A stretch of 64,000 nt of DNA from an uncultured Oleiphilus sp. (GCA_963974595.1 CAXBDA010000001.1:39657-103656); one strand, 5' to 3'. Shown: positions 29,458-40,007, counted from the first letter of the stretch. Numbers and translations are program-made. Notes: generated from the sequence alone by a model not told the origin.

Positions 29458-30201
29458 CTATTGTGGGTTTCGAAGTCTACGTAAGCTAAATAATTCATCG
29501 CTTAGCGGCCTATCAAAACCTATGTCATTAACAAGGATTTCAGTAAACTGATCTGGCTTGTCAGCAGGAATCATGTGCCAACGAACCGGTATTGTTCGCC
29601 CTCCTATTTCACGAATATCACTATATTTCATTATTTTAACTACCTCGCCACTATCATCAAAAAAAGCTTGTTCTAAAGGAATAAAATCACTGTAGATCAG
29701 GAACTCAAGTCTCCCCCACACAACCGGTGCATCTGGGTTTGGTATAGAAATAACACGAAAAATTGTTTTACCCTCTTCTGTATAAGCGTCTGAGATTTCA
29801 TGTCGATAGTCATTCACCATGCTACTTTCTTTCACCAGGTCATCATTGCTGAAATCTGAGCCCATCCACGGCTGGAGCATCATGGACGGGGGGATTTTTA
29901 TGGTGCGGTCAATTTTAGGAATATAGTTCCACATTTCTCCGCCTATCCGTAAGGAACCCACGCCTTTTTCTTTTTTAGGTGCATGAATGCGTATCAGAGT
30001 TTTCTGGGGTCGATCCAACCAAGCTTCTAGTTCAAGTTTCCGTTCCCAGTATTGGGTTTTGATGGTCATACTGAAATTAGTGTGCGTGGTTTTGCCCCAC
30101 ATCAAATTTTCCATACCCGAAATAAGCTCTTCAGCGGTGGGCGCGGCAAATAGTGGATAAGCGATAAAGAAATGAATAAAGATAAACAAAATACGCGACA
30201 T
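29458..30201 (-). CDS. LolA-like outer-membrane lipoprotein-sorting protein family
   Basis: 247 aa with a signal peptide and the motif run APKKEKGVGSLRIGGEMWNYIPKIDRTIKIPPSMMLQPWMGSDFSNDDL, typical of the LolA_like family. Confidence 0.75.
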   Translation of the reverse strand: MSRILFIFIHFFIAYPLFAAPTAEELISGMENLMWGKTTHTNFSMTIKTQYWERKLELEAWLDRPQKTLIRIHAPKKEKGVGSLRIGGEMWNYIPKIDRTIKIPPSMMLQPWMGSDFSNDDLVKESSMVNDYRHEISDAYTEEGKTIFRVISIPNPDAPVVWGRLEFLIYSDFIPLEQAFFDDSGEVVKIMKYSDIREIGGRTIPVRWHMIPADKPDQFTEILVNDIGFDRPLSDELFSLRRLRNPQ

Positions 30202-30305
30202 GGTTTTCTCCTTTTTTTCAGCTCAGTGTAAAGATGTGACTAAGACACAGGTCAAGCGGTTCATGGCAAAAAGTAATAAATTAACGAACGCTGTCAACAC
30301 CCAGT

Positions 30306-30833
30306 TTACATCTTACAAAACCCTTGCGGTTTTACATCAAGCGAGGCATTAAATTTACTCGACATATTTTGAAAGGCGATCAGCGCGGTTAATTCGATGA
30401 CCTGATCTTCTGAAAAAAACGTGTTTAAACGCTCACGGTCGTCCCTCGAAACCTGCTGATCGGAAAGCGTGACCACTTCAGCATAATGAAGTGCCGCCTT
30501 TTCTGTTTCACTAAAGAGTTCACTTGTTTCAAAGCGCTCCAGCTCATTCAATTTCGCTTTACTGCTGCCACGTTTAAGTACGGTCATTGAGTTGATATCG
30601 ACACAAAACGCACACCAGTTTATTTGTGAAACTCGCACCGTGATGAGCGATCTTAACTCCGCGTCTATCGGTGACGATTTTCTATCCAGCGCGCCATATA
30701 ATATAGCTAAGGCAGCAAACACTTTAGGCGACTTTCCCCATAATTTTGCAGGTTCTAATTCTTGCCCGTATTTGCGTCGTTGATTCCAGAAAAATAGTTT
30801 TACATACCAAGGATAATGATGTTTTGTATTCAT
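30306..30833 (-). CDS. carboxymuconolactone decarboxylase (AhpD-like) family protein
   Basis: 175 aa with a CxxC motif in AhpD-like context (INWCAFCVDIN). Confidence 0.7.
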   Translation of the reverse strand: MNTKHHYPWYVKLFFWNQRRKYGQELEPAKLWGKSPKVFAALAILYGALDRKSSPIDAELRSLITVRVSQINWCAFCVDINSMTVLKRGSSKAKLNELERFETSELFSETEKAALHYAEVVTLSDQQVSRDDRERLNTFFSEDQVIELTALIAFQNMSSKFNASLDVKPQGFCKM

Positions 30834-31103
30834 AAGGCTCCAAGAATTTAATGTGTGAAATTTTAATAGGAATGGTAAAACCTGCTAACACTTTTTTAAA
30901 TTGACATTTATAGTCTTGCTATGCAGGCTAGCCATTAACACTTTAACCAAAATGACATTCTACAAACTGCCTTACTCGAACTTTTTATTGAAAAAAATAA
31001 CTATACTCATAAAAGTTCGTCTTTGTCATGCTTAAGTTGTTCAGGTAAAAAATCGGAAAACTCATATCCAAAACAAAGCTAAATCACAATTCTTAGGGAA
31101 AAT

Positions 31104-32999
31104 ATGCCAATGACCCAACAGCTACCCCAACATACCCAGGCTTTACAACTCAGTCGTCGTCGCTTCGTGCAAGGGCTAGCCGCAGGTGGTGTCCTTGCGG
31201 CAGCGCCCGCCTGGCTACAGGCGGCGATCAATAGCAACACAGATCTGGGCACAGCACCCGTACTCAGTGGTCGTGAAATTGATCTCGTGGTCGCTGAAAC
31301 ACCGGTCAACTTTACCGGTGTGACGCGCATGGCCACCACCATTAACGGCTCGATACCCTCACCCACTTTGCGGCTGCGCGAAGGCGACGAAGTGATCATT
31401 CGGGTTACCAACCGCTTGCCAATCGCGACCTCAATTCACTGGCACGGTATCCTCTTACCCTACCAAATGGATGGCGTGCCAGGCATCAGTTTCAAAGGCA
31501 TCCCACCGGGTGAAACCTTTACCTATCGCTTTACGCTCCGACAAAGTGGCACTTACTGGTACCACAGCCATTCCGGTTTTCAGGAAATGACCGGTATGTA
31601 TGGCGCTTTAATCATTGAGCCACGTCAGGGTGAACGCATCAAAGCCGACCGAGATTTAGTAGTGCAACTTTCCGACTGGACCGATGAAGACCCGATGCAT
31701 GCTTTCAGCAAACTGAAAATGCAAAGCGATATCTACAATTTTAATCAGCCCACGTTTTTTGAATTCACCAAGGATGTCTCAACAATGGGTTTGCAAGCCG
31801 CACTGGAAAAACGCCAGATGTGGAACCGGATGCGTATGAACCCAACCGATTTGTCCGATCTGTCGGCAGCGACAATGACCTTTCTGATGAACGGCACCAC
31901 ACCGGCTGGCAACTGGAACGGAATATTCAAGCGCGGTGAAAGCATTCGCCTTCGCTTTATTAATGCCTCCAGTAACAGCTTTTTCGATGTACGCATTCCC
32001 GGCTTAAAGCTGACCGTAGTACAGGCCGACGGTCAAGATGTAGAACCCGTTGCTGTTGATGAATTTCGTTTCGGCCCCGGTGAGACTTACGATGCTTTGG
32101 TCGAACCCGAAGAGGACGCCTATAGCATTTTTGCCCAAAGCATAGATCGCAGCGGTTATGCGCGTGGCACACTGGCGCTACAGCAAGGCTTATCGGCACC
32201 CTTACCGGCGCTCGACCCCGTGGAGTGGTTAACCATGGCCGATATGATGGGCACCATGGGTCAGGGCGGGATGGCTCAGGTGGGAATGGATCATGCCGCC
32301 ATGGGTCATAACGCTATGAAGGACATGAAAGGCATGAATAGCTCAGGCATGGCCGGCATGATGGGCTCTATGAGCCAAGGCGGCATGGATCACAGTCAGC
32401 ACGGTGCTATGGCCATGGATCACAGCAAACATAGCATGCAGAACGCAACACAAAACCCATTAATCAAACCCTCAACAACCGTCAAGCACGCGCGCACTGA
32501 ATATGGCGCATCCGTGGATATGCGGGTCGATATGCCCAGCACAAGGCTTGATGATCCGGGTATTGGCTTGCGTAACAATGGCCGCAGGGTATTAACCCTG
32601 GCAGATTTAAAATCCATTGATGGCGTGCTGGATGACCACCGCCCGCCCACGAAGGAACTGGAGTTGCACCTGACCGGCAATATGGAACGCTACAGCTGGT
32701 CATTTGATGGACTGGAGTTTGGAAAAAGCAGCCCCGTGTCCCTGCGCCAGGGTGAGCGCGTCAGAATCATTCTACAAAATGACACCATGATGACCCATCC
32801 CATGCATCTGCATGGAATGTGGAGCGAACTGGAGACCGACCAAGGTGAGCTGCGGGTTCGCCGGCATACCATTCCGGTGCAACCAGCCCAACGCATCAGT
32901 TTTCTGACGACGCCTCACGACCTCGGTCGCTGGGCTTGGCATTGTCATTTACTATTTCATATGGACGCGGGCATGTTCCGTGAAGTGGTGGTGTCATGA
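31104..32999 (+). CDS. copA: copper-resistance multicopper oxidase CopA
   Basis: 631 aa with a Tat signal (SRRRFVQGLAAGG), copper-site motifs HWHG, HSH and HPMHLHG ... HCHLLFHMDAGM, and a Met/His-rich insert (MGQGGMAQVGMDHAAMGH...). Confidence 0.93.
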   Translation: MPMTQQLPQHTQALQLSRRRFVQGLAAGGVLAAAPAWLQAAINSNTDLGTAPVLSGREIDLVVAETPVNFTGVTRMATTINGSIPSPTLRLREGDEVIIRVTNRLPIATSIHWHGILLPYQMDGVPGISFKGIPPGETFTYRFTLRQSGTYWYHSHSGFQEMTGMYGALIIEPRQGERIKADRDLVVQLSDWTDEDPMHAFSKLKMQSDIYNFNQPTFFEFTKDVSTMGLQAALEKRQMWNRMRMNPTDLSDLSAATMTFLMNGTTPAGNWNGIFKRGESIRLRFINASSNSFFDVRIPGLKLTVVQADGQDVEPVAVDEFRFGPGETYDALVEPEEDAYSIFAQSIDRSGYARGTLALQQGLSAPLPALDPVEWLTMADMMGTMGQGGMAQVGMDHAAMGHNAMKDMKGMNSSGMAGMMGSMSQGGMDHSQHGAMAMDHSKHSMQNATQNPLIKPSTTVKHARTEYGASVDMRVDMPSTRLDDPGIGLRNNGRRVLTLADLKSIDGVLDDHRPPTKELELHLTGNMERYSWSFDGLEFGKSSPVSLRQGERVRIILQNDTMMTHPMHLHGMWSELETDQGELRVRRHTIPVQPAQRISFLTTPHDLGRWAWHCHLLFHMDAGMFREVVVS

Positions 33000-33010
33000 G
33001 GAGCGATAGA

Positions 33011-33871
33011 ATGAAAACCAAACATATGCAACAGCTCATCAGCTCGGTACTCGCAGTCTCTGTCTTTCATGCACCGGTCTTATTAGCTGAAATGGACAGT
33101 AAGCCTATGTCTCATGAAATGGGGCAAATGCAGGGCGGTAGTGCACCCGATAATGCCCGCGACCCTCACGCCTATTCCGATGGCTACACCCTGACAGAAG
33201 GCCCCTATGCTCAATCTGGGCCCCGACAACTGAAACTGGCCGACGAACACGCCTTCTGGGCGGTTCTAGGTGACCGTCTCGAATACTATGAAGACAGTGA
33301 CAGCGGGATATTTGATTTACAAGCTTGGTATGGCACTACCTACGATCGTTTTGTGGTCAAAGCAGAAGGTGATTTCGACGATAAGCGGCTGGAAGAAAGT
33401 CAAACTGATTTGCTTTGGGGTCATGCACTCAGTGCCTATTTTGACGTTCAATTAGGCCTACGTTTGGATCAGTACGATGAAGGTCGTGACCGCCAGTGGC
33501 TCGCGCTCGGTATTCAAGGCTTGGCTCCCTATTGGTTTGAGCTGGATATCACCGCGTACGTCGGTGACAGCGGGCGTACAGCTCTGACCGTCGAAGCAGA
33601 ATACGAACTGCTACTGAGCCAAAAACTGATCCTGCAACCCCGCTCAGAATTTACACTCTACGGTAAGGAAGACCTCAAGAACGGCCTTGGCAGCGGTTTT
33701 TCGGACTTTTCTCTTGGCCTGCGTTTGCGTTATGAATTCACCCGCCAGTTTGCACCGTACCTAGGTGTGGAATGGTTTGAGACCTATGACGATACCGCCA
33801 ATTATCGACAAGCTGCTGGACAAGATCGTAGCGATACACAGCTTGTCGCCGGATTGAAGTTCTTGTTTTAA
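33011..33871 (+). CDS. copB: copper-resistance outer-membrane protein CopB
   Basis: About 286 aa with a signal peptide, an N-terminal Met-rich stretch (MSHEMGQMQGG) and a beta-barrel ending in F. It follows copA. The ATG at 33011 has the SD GAGGAG 7 nt upstream; an alternative ATG at 32996 overlaps the copA stop. Confidence 0.88.
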   Translation: MKTKHMQQLISSVLAVSVFHAPVLLAEMDSKPMSHEMGQMQGGSAPDNARDPHAYSDGYTLTEGPYAQSGPRQLKLADEHAFWAVLGDRLEYYEDSDSGIFDLQAWYGTTYDRFVVKAEGDFDDKRLEESQTDLLWGHALSAYFDVQLGLRLDQYDEGRDRQWLALGIQGLAPYWFELDITAYVGDSGRTALTVEAEYELLLSQKLILQPRSEFTLYGKEDLKNGLGSGFSDFSLGLRLRYEFTRQFAPYLGVEWFETYDDTANYRQAAGQDRSDTQLVAGLKFLF

Positions 33872-33890
33872 GCTTAGATTGCCTAGTACA

Positions 33891-33929
33891 AGAGACCTTT
33901 GCATAAGGGCTGCGCTTGCAAAGGTCTCT
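33891..33929 (+). terminator. perfect 13-bp hairpin downstream of copB (possible terminator)
   Basis: AGAGACCTTTGCA ... TGCAAAGGTCTCT. The T tract after it is weak. Confidence 0.45.
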
Positions 33930-34201
33930 GATGATAATACCGCCACCCTAATCAATTAAAAGCCCTAACGGATAAGGGCCTTACCGCCCATAGAAAGCAG
34001 CATTTCGTTGCAAGCTGACAAGCAGCCATTTAACAATACTGCAAATATACAGCTCAGGCAAAAAGGTGTCAGATCTATGTGTGCCACCTTTTCTGATAGG
34101 CAGTTGGGAAAAGTAATGTTAAATAGATCACTAAATGATGATGTAAGAAAGAGAAAGGTCACCTGTTTTTCTCTGGGCGCGGCCTTGTTTTTAACTCTCA
34201 C

Positions 34202-35380
34202 TTAACTAATTTTTATACAGCCAGTCTGTATTAGATGATCAATTTCCTGATCCCCATAAGACAAGCTTTCAAGCACTTCTCGTGAGTGATGACCTAACTG
34301 GCAACCAGCGGTATGATTTTGTGTCGACTTGAAAGGCAGTGCAGTATTTATCTGTTTAATTTTATGTCCATTTTGATCTATTGCTTCGCAAAGCATATTC
34401 CGCTGTATAAAGTGGGGGTGTGCTGCGGCTTCATTTATGCTTAAAACAGGTTCGACACAAGCGTCTAATTCACTAAATTCTTTCGTCCATTGATCAAAGG
34501 TTTTTTCAGCGATTTTGTCGGAGATCACTTTTTTAATTTGGCTTTGGTTATCAAGTTTTTGATTGGCAATTTTTACTAGATAAGATTCTAGCCCCAGGTG
34601 TTTCAGAAGCGATATAACAAATGCAGGCTCAAGACTACCAATCGATAAATAGCGATCATCTGATGTTTTATAATAATCATAAAACAAGCCGCCATTCAGC
34701 ATTTCTGTACCATAACCAGGGTCTTTTTCACCAACTAAAGCACTGGCACCGAACATCGTGTTGAGCGCAAAAGCGGCATCGCTCATACTGATATCCAAAT
34801 ACTGGCCTTTGCCGGTATTGGCCCTTTCGATCACGGACGCTAACACTGCCATCACCGCATGATGTGAACCACCGGCGATATCCGCAATTTGAGTGCCTGA
34901 TAAAACGGGGCCTGTCTCTTGTCTACCTGAATAACTAGCTAAACCTGACAAGGCTAAATAGTTAATATCATGACCCGCTTTATTTTTTAAAGGGCCAGTT
35001 TGGCCATATCCGGTGATCGAGCAGTAAATAAGTTTAGGGTGTTTATCTTTTAGGCTATCAAAACCCAAGCCTAGTTTCGCCATCACACCCGGCCTGAATT
35101 GTTCGACTATAATGTCATATTCAGCCAATAAGGCCTCAATAATTGTTTTGGCTTCAGGATGTTTTAAATCCAAGGCTAAAGACTTTTTATTTCGATTAAT
35201 GGTGGCATGCGCTGCCGACACTTTCCCCACCATTGGTGGCATTAGTTTTAACAAATCGGGTCTTTTAGGCGCTTCTATACGAAGTACCTCAGCCCCCATA
35301 TCGGCTAATAATTGCGTCGCATAAGGGCCAGGTAACAAGGTTGAGAAATCAAGTATTTTTAGACCTTTAAGAGGCTGCAT
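34202..35380 (-). CDS. CoA-transferase family III (CaiB/BaiF-type)
   Basis: The start is set at MQPLKGLKILDFSTLLPGPYATQLLADMGAEV, the canonical family III N-terminus, with a GGGAG-type SD. The ORF extension to 35551 overlaps the upstream ACAD and looks spurious. Confidence 0.88.
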   Translation of the reverse strand: MQPLKGLKILDFSTLLPGPYATQLLADMGAEVLRIEAPKRPDLLKLMPPMVGKVSAAHATINRNKKSLALDLKHPEAKTIIEALLAEYDIIVEQFRPGVMAKLGLGFDSLKDKHPKLIYCSITGYGQTGPLKNKAGHDINYLALSGLASYSGRQETGPVLSGTQIADIAGGSHHAVMAVLASVIERANTGKGQYLDISMSDAAFALNTMFGASALVGEKDPGYGTEMLNGGLFYDYYKTSDDRYLSIGSLEPAFVISLLKHLGLESYLVKIANQKLDNQSQIKKVISDKIAEKTFDQWTKEFSELDACVEPVLSINEAAAHPHFIQRNMLCEAIDQNGHKIKQINTALPFKSTQNHTAGCQLGHHSREVLESLSYGDQEIDHLIQTGCIKIS

Positions 35381-35412
35381 AAGGCTCCCTGTTTTTATTA
35401 TTGATAGAATAT

Positions 35413-36558
35413 TTAAACTAATGAACGCCCGATAATCAGCTTCATGATCTCGTTGGTGCCTGCGTAAATCTTTTGGACTCTGGCATCGGCATACGCTCGA
35501 GCAACCGGGTATTCCCACATATAGCCGTAACCACCATGTAGCTGCAAACATTCATCGATCACATCACACTGAATATCGGTACTCAGTAATTTCAACTTAG
35601 CGGCTGTGACGACATCAAGCTTTTTATCCAAATGAAGCTCTAAGCATTTATCGACAAATACCCGTGCCATAGTCAGCGTGGCTGACATTTCTGCCAATTT
35701 GAACTGGGTATTTTGGAAGGAGGCAATTTCACGACCAAAGGCTTTTCGCTCTTTGACATATTGAATAGTTTGCTCAAGTATCGATTCAGCACTAGCAATG
35801 GCATTTAGGCCAACAGACAAACGCTCTTGTGGCAGCTCTTGCATTAAGTAGATGAAGCCCATGCCTTCAGCGCCAAGTAAGTTTTCTTTGGGTACTTTTA
35901 CATCCTGAAAAAACAACTCAGAGGTATCTTGTGCTTTCATACCGATTTTATGAAGATTTTGACCTTTTTCAAAGCCTGCAGAGTTTGCTTCAACTAATAA
36001 AAGGCTGGTGCCCTTTGCCCCGGATTCTGGGTTGGTTTTAGCGACAATAATCACTAAATCTGCCATTTGGCCATTGGTGATAAAGGTTTTAGAACCATTT
36101 AAGACATAAAACTCACCACTTGCGTCGAGTACCGCATTAGTCTTAACACCTTGCAAGTCAGAACCAGTACCTGGTTCTGTCATCGCAATAGCGGTAACAA
36201 TATCACCGTTCACACAACCCGGCAGGTAGCGCTGTTTTTGCTCTTCCGTGCCATAGGCCATGATATAAGGAACTGCGATATCAGAATGTAAACCAAAGCC
36301 AATACCGCTTAGACCAAAGTTCGCTATTTCTTCATCGACTATCGCGTTAAAACGGAAGTCTCCTTCGACGCCACCGTAAACTTCGGGTACGGTTGGGCAC
36401 AAATAGCCATTTTCGCCAGCTTTTTTCCAAAGCTCGCGCGATACCTGCCCGTCTTTTTCCCACTGCTCATGATAAGGCACAGCTTCTTCTTGAAGGAATT
36501 TACGAAAAGCATCGCGAAACATTTCATGCTCAGATTCAAATACAGTACGTTTTATCAT
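35413..36558 (-). CDS. acyl-CoA dehydrogenase
   Basis: 381 aa with AIAMTEPGTGSDLQGVKT, KTFITNG and QLHGGYGYMWEYP. Confidence 0.92.
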   Translation of the reverse strand: MIKRTVFESEHEMFRDAFRKFLQEEAVPYHEQWEKDGQVSRELWKKAGENGYLCPTVPEVYGGVEGDFRFNAIVDEEIANFGLSGIGFGLHSDIAVPYIMAYGTEEQKQRYLPGCVNGDIVTAIAMTEPGTGSDLQGVKTNAVLDASGEFYVLNGSKTFITNGQMADLVIIVAKTNPESGAKGTSLLLVEANSAGFEKGQNLHKIGMKAQDTSELFFQDVKVPKENLLGAEGMGFIYLMQELPQERLSVGLNAIASAESILEQTIQYVKERKAFGREIASFQNTQFKLAEMSATLTMARVFVDKCLELHLDKKLDVVTAAKLKLLSTDIQCDVIDECLQLHGGYGYMWEYPVARAYADARVQKIYAGTNEIMKLIIGRSLV

Positions 36559-36649
36559 AATCTTATTCTCTTATATTTATTTATGGATATTAGCCTGTCT
36601 GCATAGCTGGCTCAGTATAAAAAATTCGCCAGCGCCTTTTACTTAAGCT

Positions 36650-38785
36650 TTAATCTTTGAAAGTTAAACCATCTTTTGCCATATTTTTAAGAAGTTGAGG
36701 CACTTCAAAACGCTTTCCGAATTTTTTAGCAAGATAGCTAGCTCTTTCTATAAACTGATTTAAACCAGTTTGGTTGATGAACTGTAAAATGCCACCGGTC
36801 CAAACAGGGTAACCAATACCCATAATCGAGCCAATATTGGCATCTCGCACACTTGTTAAAACGTTCTCTTCAACACAACGAACAGTTTCAATGGCTTGGA
36901 TATACAGTAAACGGTCTTTAATTTCTTGAAGGTCAATACGTTGATCGCCTTCCTTAAACAGTTCATTAAGACCTTTCCAAAGATGCTTTTTAGCCTGTGT
37001 TGGATAAGTATAAAAACCACCACCGGCTAACTTGCCTGCACGGCCAGCTTCTAACATTCGATCCACCACTGGGTCGGCTGGGTGCTCTTGGTAAGTTAAG
37101 CCTTCTGCCTGTACGTCTTTAATCGTTTGTTTTCTGATTTTGTCGATCAAGGTCATGCTGACTTCATCTGTGACCGCCAAAGGGCCAACAGGGAAACCGG
37201 ATAAAAATGCCGCATTTTCGATAGCTGAGGGCGAAATACCTTCCCCTACCATGGCAATACCTTCATTCGCAAAGGTACCAAACACACGCGAAGTGAAGAA
37301 GCCACGGCTATCATTCACTACAATCGGTGTTTTGCCGATTTGTAGCACATAATCATATGCTTTTGCCAAGGTATCAGGCGACGTTTTCTCACCGCAAATT
37401 ATTTCAACCAAGGGCATTTTATCGACAGGTGAAAAGAAGTGTAGACCGATAAAGTTTTCGGGTCTTGCAGATGCTTCGGCTAAACCGGTAATGGGTAAGG
37501 TTGAGGTATTAGAGGCAAAGATAGCCGAGCTTTCAAGCTGGGTTTCGGCATCTTTGGTCACTTTGGCTTTAAGCGCCCTATCTTCAAAGACGGCCTCTAT
37601 AATGAGATCACAACCTTTTAAGTCAGCATAGTCATCACTGGCTTTGATTAAAGATAAGGTTGCATCTCGTTTATCTTTTGTTAAGCGTTTTTTCTGAACT
37701 TTTTTATCTAAAAGCTTTTCAGCATAGGCTCTACCGCGCTCAGAATTCTCAATAGAAATATCTTTAAGAACTACCTCTAAGCCTTTATTGGCAGATGAAT
37801 AAGCAATGCCTGCTCCCATCATACCGGCACCTAAAATACCAACTTTTTTAACTTTAGAAGATTCAACGCCTTTAGGTCGCGCGGCACCCGCTTTAATTTC
37901 ATTCAACTGGAACCAGAATGTTCCGATCATATTTTTTGATACTTGACCGCAGACTAATTCAATAAAATACCGACTTTCGATACGCATCGCTGAGTCAATA
38001 TCGACTTGCAGACTTTCAACCATCACGCTGAGTATTGATTCGGGTGCGGGTAAAGTTCCTTTGGTTTTTGCACGCATCATAGCAGGTGCGATGGGCAACA
38101 TTTTTGCCAAACCGGGATGAGAGGGTAAACCGCCAGGGACTTTGTAGCCCTTTGCATCGTATGGTTGCTGTACTTTAGGGTTTGCTTTAATCCAAGCAAT
38201 AGCCGCATCGACTAACTCTTCTTCAGTATTTACTATGTCATTAATCAGACCCGCGGCTTTACCCTCTTCCGGCCTAAATTGTTTGCCTTCTGTTAAGTAA
38301 GGTAATGCAGTTTGAAGACCTAATAAACGAGTCATTCTCACCACACCACCGCCACCGGGCAGTAAACCAAGCGTGACTTCAGGCAAACCAAGGGTAACCC
38401 CTTTTGCTAAGCTGACTCGGTAGTGACAGGCTAAAGCCATTTCCCAACCGCCACCTAAAGCAGCACCATTGATACAAGCAACGACGGGCTTTCCGGCAGT
38501 TTCAAGTTCGCGCATGGCGACTTTTAATGTATCGAGCATATTGTATAACTGGTCTGCATTTTCTTTTGTCGTGGCATATAAATCATCCAAGCTTCCACCA
38601 GCGAAAAATGTCGACTTGGCTGAACGAATAATTACCCCAACATACTCTTCAGTTCTCAGCTGTTCTACCGCGATGGCTAGATCTTTAGTGAATGCGGCAT
38701 CCATTAAATTAGCAGACGCATTAGGTCGATCTAGAATGAGATGAACAATATTGTTGTCATCTTTTTGATACTTAATTGTGCTCAT
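36650..38785 (-). CDS. multifunctional enoyl-CoA hydratase / 3-hydroxyacyl-CoA dehydrogenase (FadB/FadJ-like)
   Basis: A crotonase-fold N-terminus (GAALGGGWEMALACH) plus the NAD-binding motif GILGAGMMGAGIA. The start is set at MSTIKYQ with an AGGAG SD. Confidence 0.9.
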   Translation of the reverse strand: MSTIKYQKDDNNIVHLILDRPNASANLMDAAFTKDLAIAVEQLRTEEYVGVIIRSAKSTFFAGGSLDDLYATTKENADQLYNMLDTLKVAMRELETAGKPVVACINGAALGGGWEMALACHYRVSLAKGVTLGLPEVTLGLLPGGGGVVRMTRLLGLQTALPYLTEGKQFRPEEGKAAGLINDIVNTEEELVDAAIAWIKANPKVQQPYDAKGYKVPGGLPSHPGLAKMLPIAPAMMRAKTKGTLPAPESILSVMVESLQVDIDSAMRIESRYFIELVCGQVSKNMIGTFWFQLNEIKAGAARPKGVESSKVKKVGILGAGMMGAGIAYSSANKGLEVVLKDISIENSERGRAYAEKLLDKKVQKKRLTKDKRDATLSLIKASDDYADLKGCDLIIEAVFEDRALKAKVTKDAETQLESSAIFASNTSTLPITGLAEASARPENFIGLHFFSPVDKMPLVEIICGEKTSPDTLAKAYDYVLQIGKTPIVVNDSRGFFTSRVFGTFANEGIAMVGEGISPSAIENAAFLSGFPVGPLAVTDEVSMTLIDKIRKQTIKDVQAEGLTYQEHPADPVVDRMLEAGRAGKLAGGGFYTYPTQAKKHLWKGLNELFKEGDQRIDLQEIKDRLLYIQAIETVRCVEENVLTSVRDANIGSIMGIGYPVWTGGILQFINQTGLNQFIERASYLAKKFGKRFEVPQLLKNMAKDGLTFKD

Positions 38786-38798
38786 GGATCTTCTCCTC

Positions 38799-40007
38799 TT
38801 AAATGCGTTCGATAATTGTTGCGATACCCATACCACCACCCACACATAAGGTAGCCAGACCTCTGGATAAGTTTCTTGCTTCTAATTCATCCAGAAGTGT
38901 GCCAAGAATCATCGCACCGGTTGCGCCTAGTGGGTGGCCCATCGCAATCGAACCACCATTTACGTTTACTTTATCTTCAGACACATTCATTTCAGCCATA
39001 AAACGCATAACCACTGAAGCAAAAGCTTCATTAACTTCAAATAAATCAATATCGCTGACATCCATACCGGCTACTTTGAGCGCTTTACGAGCGGCTGGCG
39101 CAGGCCCGGTTAGCATAATCGTTGGATCTGTACCGACAACAGCGGTCGCAACAATGCGTGCCCTCGGCTTCATCGCATATTTTTGCCCCGCCGCTTCGCT
39201 GCCAATTAATACCGCAGCGGCACCATCAACAATACCTGAGGAATTACCCGGTGTATGAACATGATGAATATGTTCAACATGGGGATAACGCTCTTTTGCA
39301 ACACCGTTAAAACCCATTTCACCCATCATCTGGAAAGATGCTTTCAAGTTTCCTAGTGTTTCTAAATTACTATCTGCACGAATTAATTCATCATGAGCGA
39401 GAATCGTTAAACCATTTCGATCAAGCACAGGAATAATAGCGTTTTTGAACGCAGATTTTTCCCAGGCAGCGGCAGCTTTTTGATGAGATCGCACAGCAAA
39501 GCCATCAACATCGGTACGGCTATAACCACCCAAGGTTGCAATTAAATCGGCGCCGATACCTTGCGGCATGAAGCCTGTTTTGAAGTTGGTTTCCGGGTCC
39601 ATCGCCCAAGCACCACCGTCACTGCCCATTGGAATGCGTGACATAGATTCGACACCACCCGCCACAACCAAGTGCTCCCATCCTGAACGTACTTTCATGG
39701 CTGCAGTATTAACCGCTTCTAAACCAGAGGCACAAAAACGGTTTAACACCATACCCGCAACATCATCATTCCACCCTGCGGCCAAGGCTGCTGTTTTGGC
39801 AATCACAGCACCTTGATCACCCACAGCAGTAACACAGCCCATAACAATATCATCAACATCTTGTGTGTCGAATTGGTTACGTTCTTGAAGAGTATTGAGC
39901 AATTGAGTGAGTAGTGTGACAGGTTTAACTTCGTGTAATGCACCGCTAGATTTTCCACGACCTCGTGGTGTGCGGATAGCATCAAAGATTAAGGCTTCGT
40001 TTATCAT
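38799..40007 (-). CDS. acetyl-CoA C-acyltransferase (thiolase)
   Basis: 402 aa with the active-site Cys context [11 protein letters not shown] and C-terminal [17 protein letters not shown] ... LCVGGGMG. Confidence 0.93.
   Translation of the reverse strand: MINEALIFDAIRTPRGRGKSSGALHEVKPVTLLTQLLNTLQERNQFDTQDVDDIVMGCVTAVGDQGAVIAKTAALAAGWNDDVAGMVLNRFCASGLEAVNTAAMKVRSGWEHLVVAGGVESMSRIPMGSDGGAWAMDPETNFKTGFMPQGIGADLIATLGGYSRTDVDGFAVRSHQKAAAAWEKSAFKNAIIPVLDRNGLTILAHDELIRADSNLETLGNLKASFQMMGEMGFNGVAKERYPHVEHIHHVHTPGNSSGIVDGAAAVLIGSEAAGQKYAMKPRARIVATAVVGTDPTIMLTGPAPAARKALKVAGMDVSDIDLFEVNEAFASVVMRFMAEMNVSEDKVNVNGGSIAMGHPLGATGAMILGTLLDELEARNLSRGLATLCVGGGMGIATIIERI

Noticed and set aside
30834-31103. Possible CopR/CusR box upstream of copA (AAAATGACA half-site near 30943-30951)
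   Set aside because: Only one half-site resembles the remembered CusR box and the second half is not palindromic. No copRS is nearby, so the support is too weak to call.
31079-32896. Cluster of antisense or out-of-frame ORFs (110, 83, 79, 86, 73 and 68 aa) within copA
   Set aside because: This is a typical artefact of GC-rich coding DNA. All overlap the well-supported copA frame, and their sequences are Arg/Pro/Ser-rich nonsense.
35381-35551. N-terminal extension of the CoA-transferase ORF overlapping the ACAD gene
   Set aside because: The family III CoA-transferase N-terminus (MQPLKGLKILDF) with a good SD starts at 35380. The upstream part is Cys/Arg-rich and overlaps the ACAD 3' end.
38803-39816. 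Plus-strand ORFs (151, 62 and 82 aa) inside the thiolase gene, and similar ORFs inside the kinase, permease, MFS and molybdoenzyme genes
   Set aside because: They are shadow ORFs antisense to strongly supported genes, with biased Ala/Pro/Ser composition.
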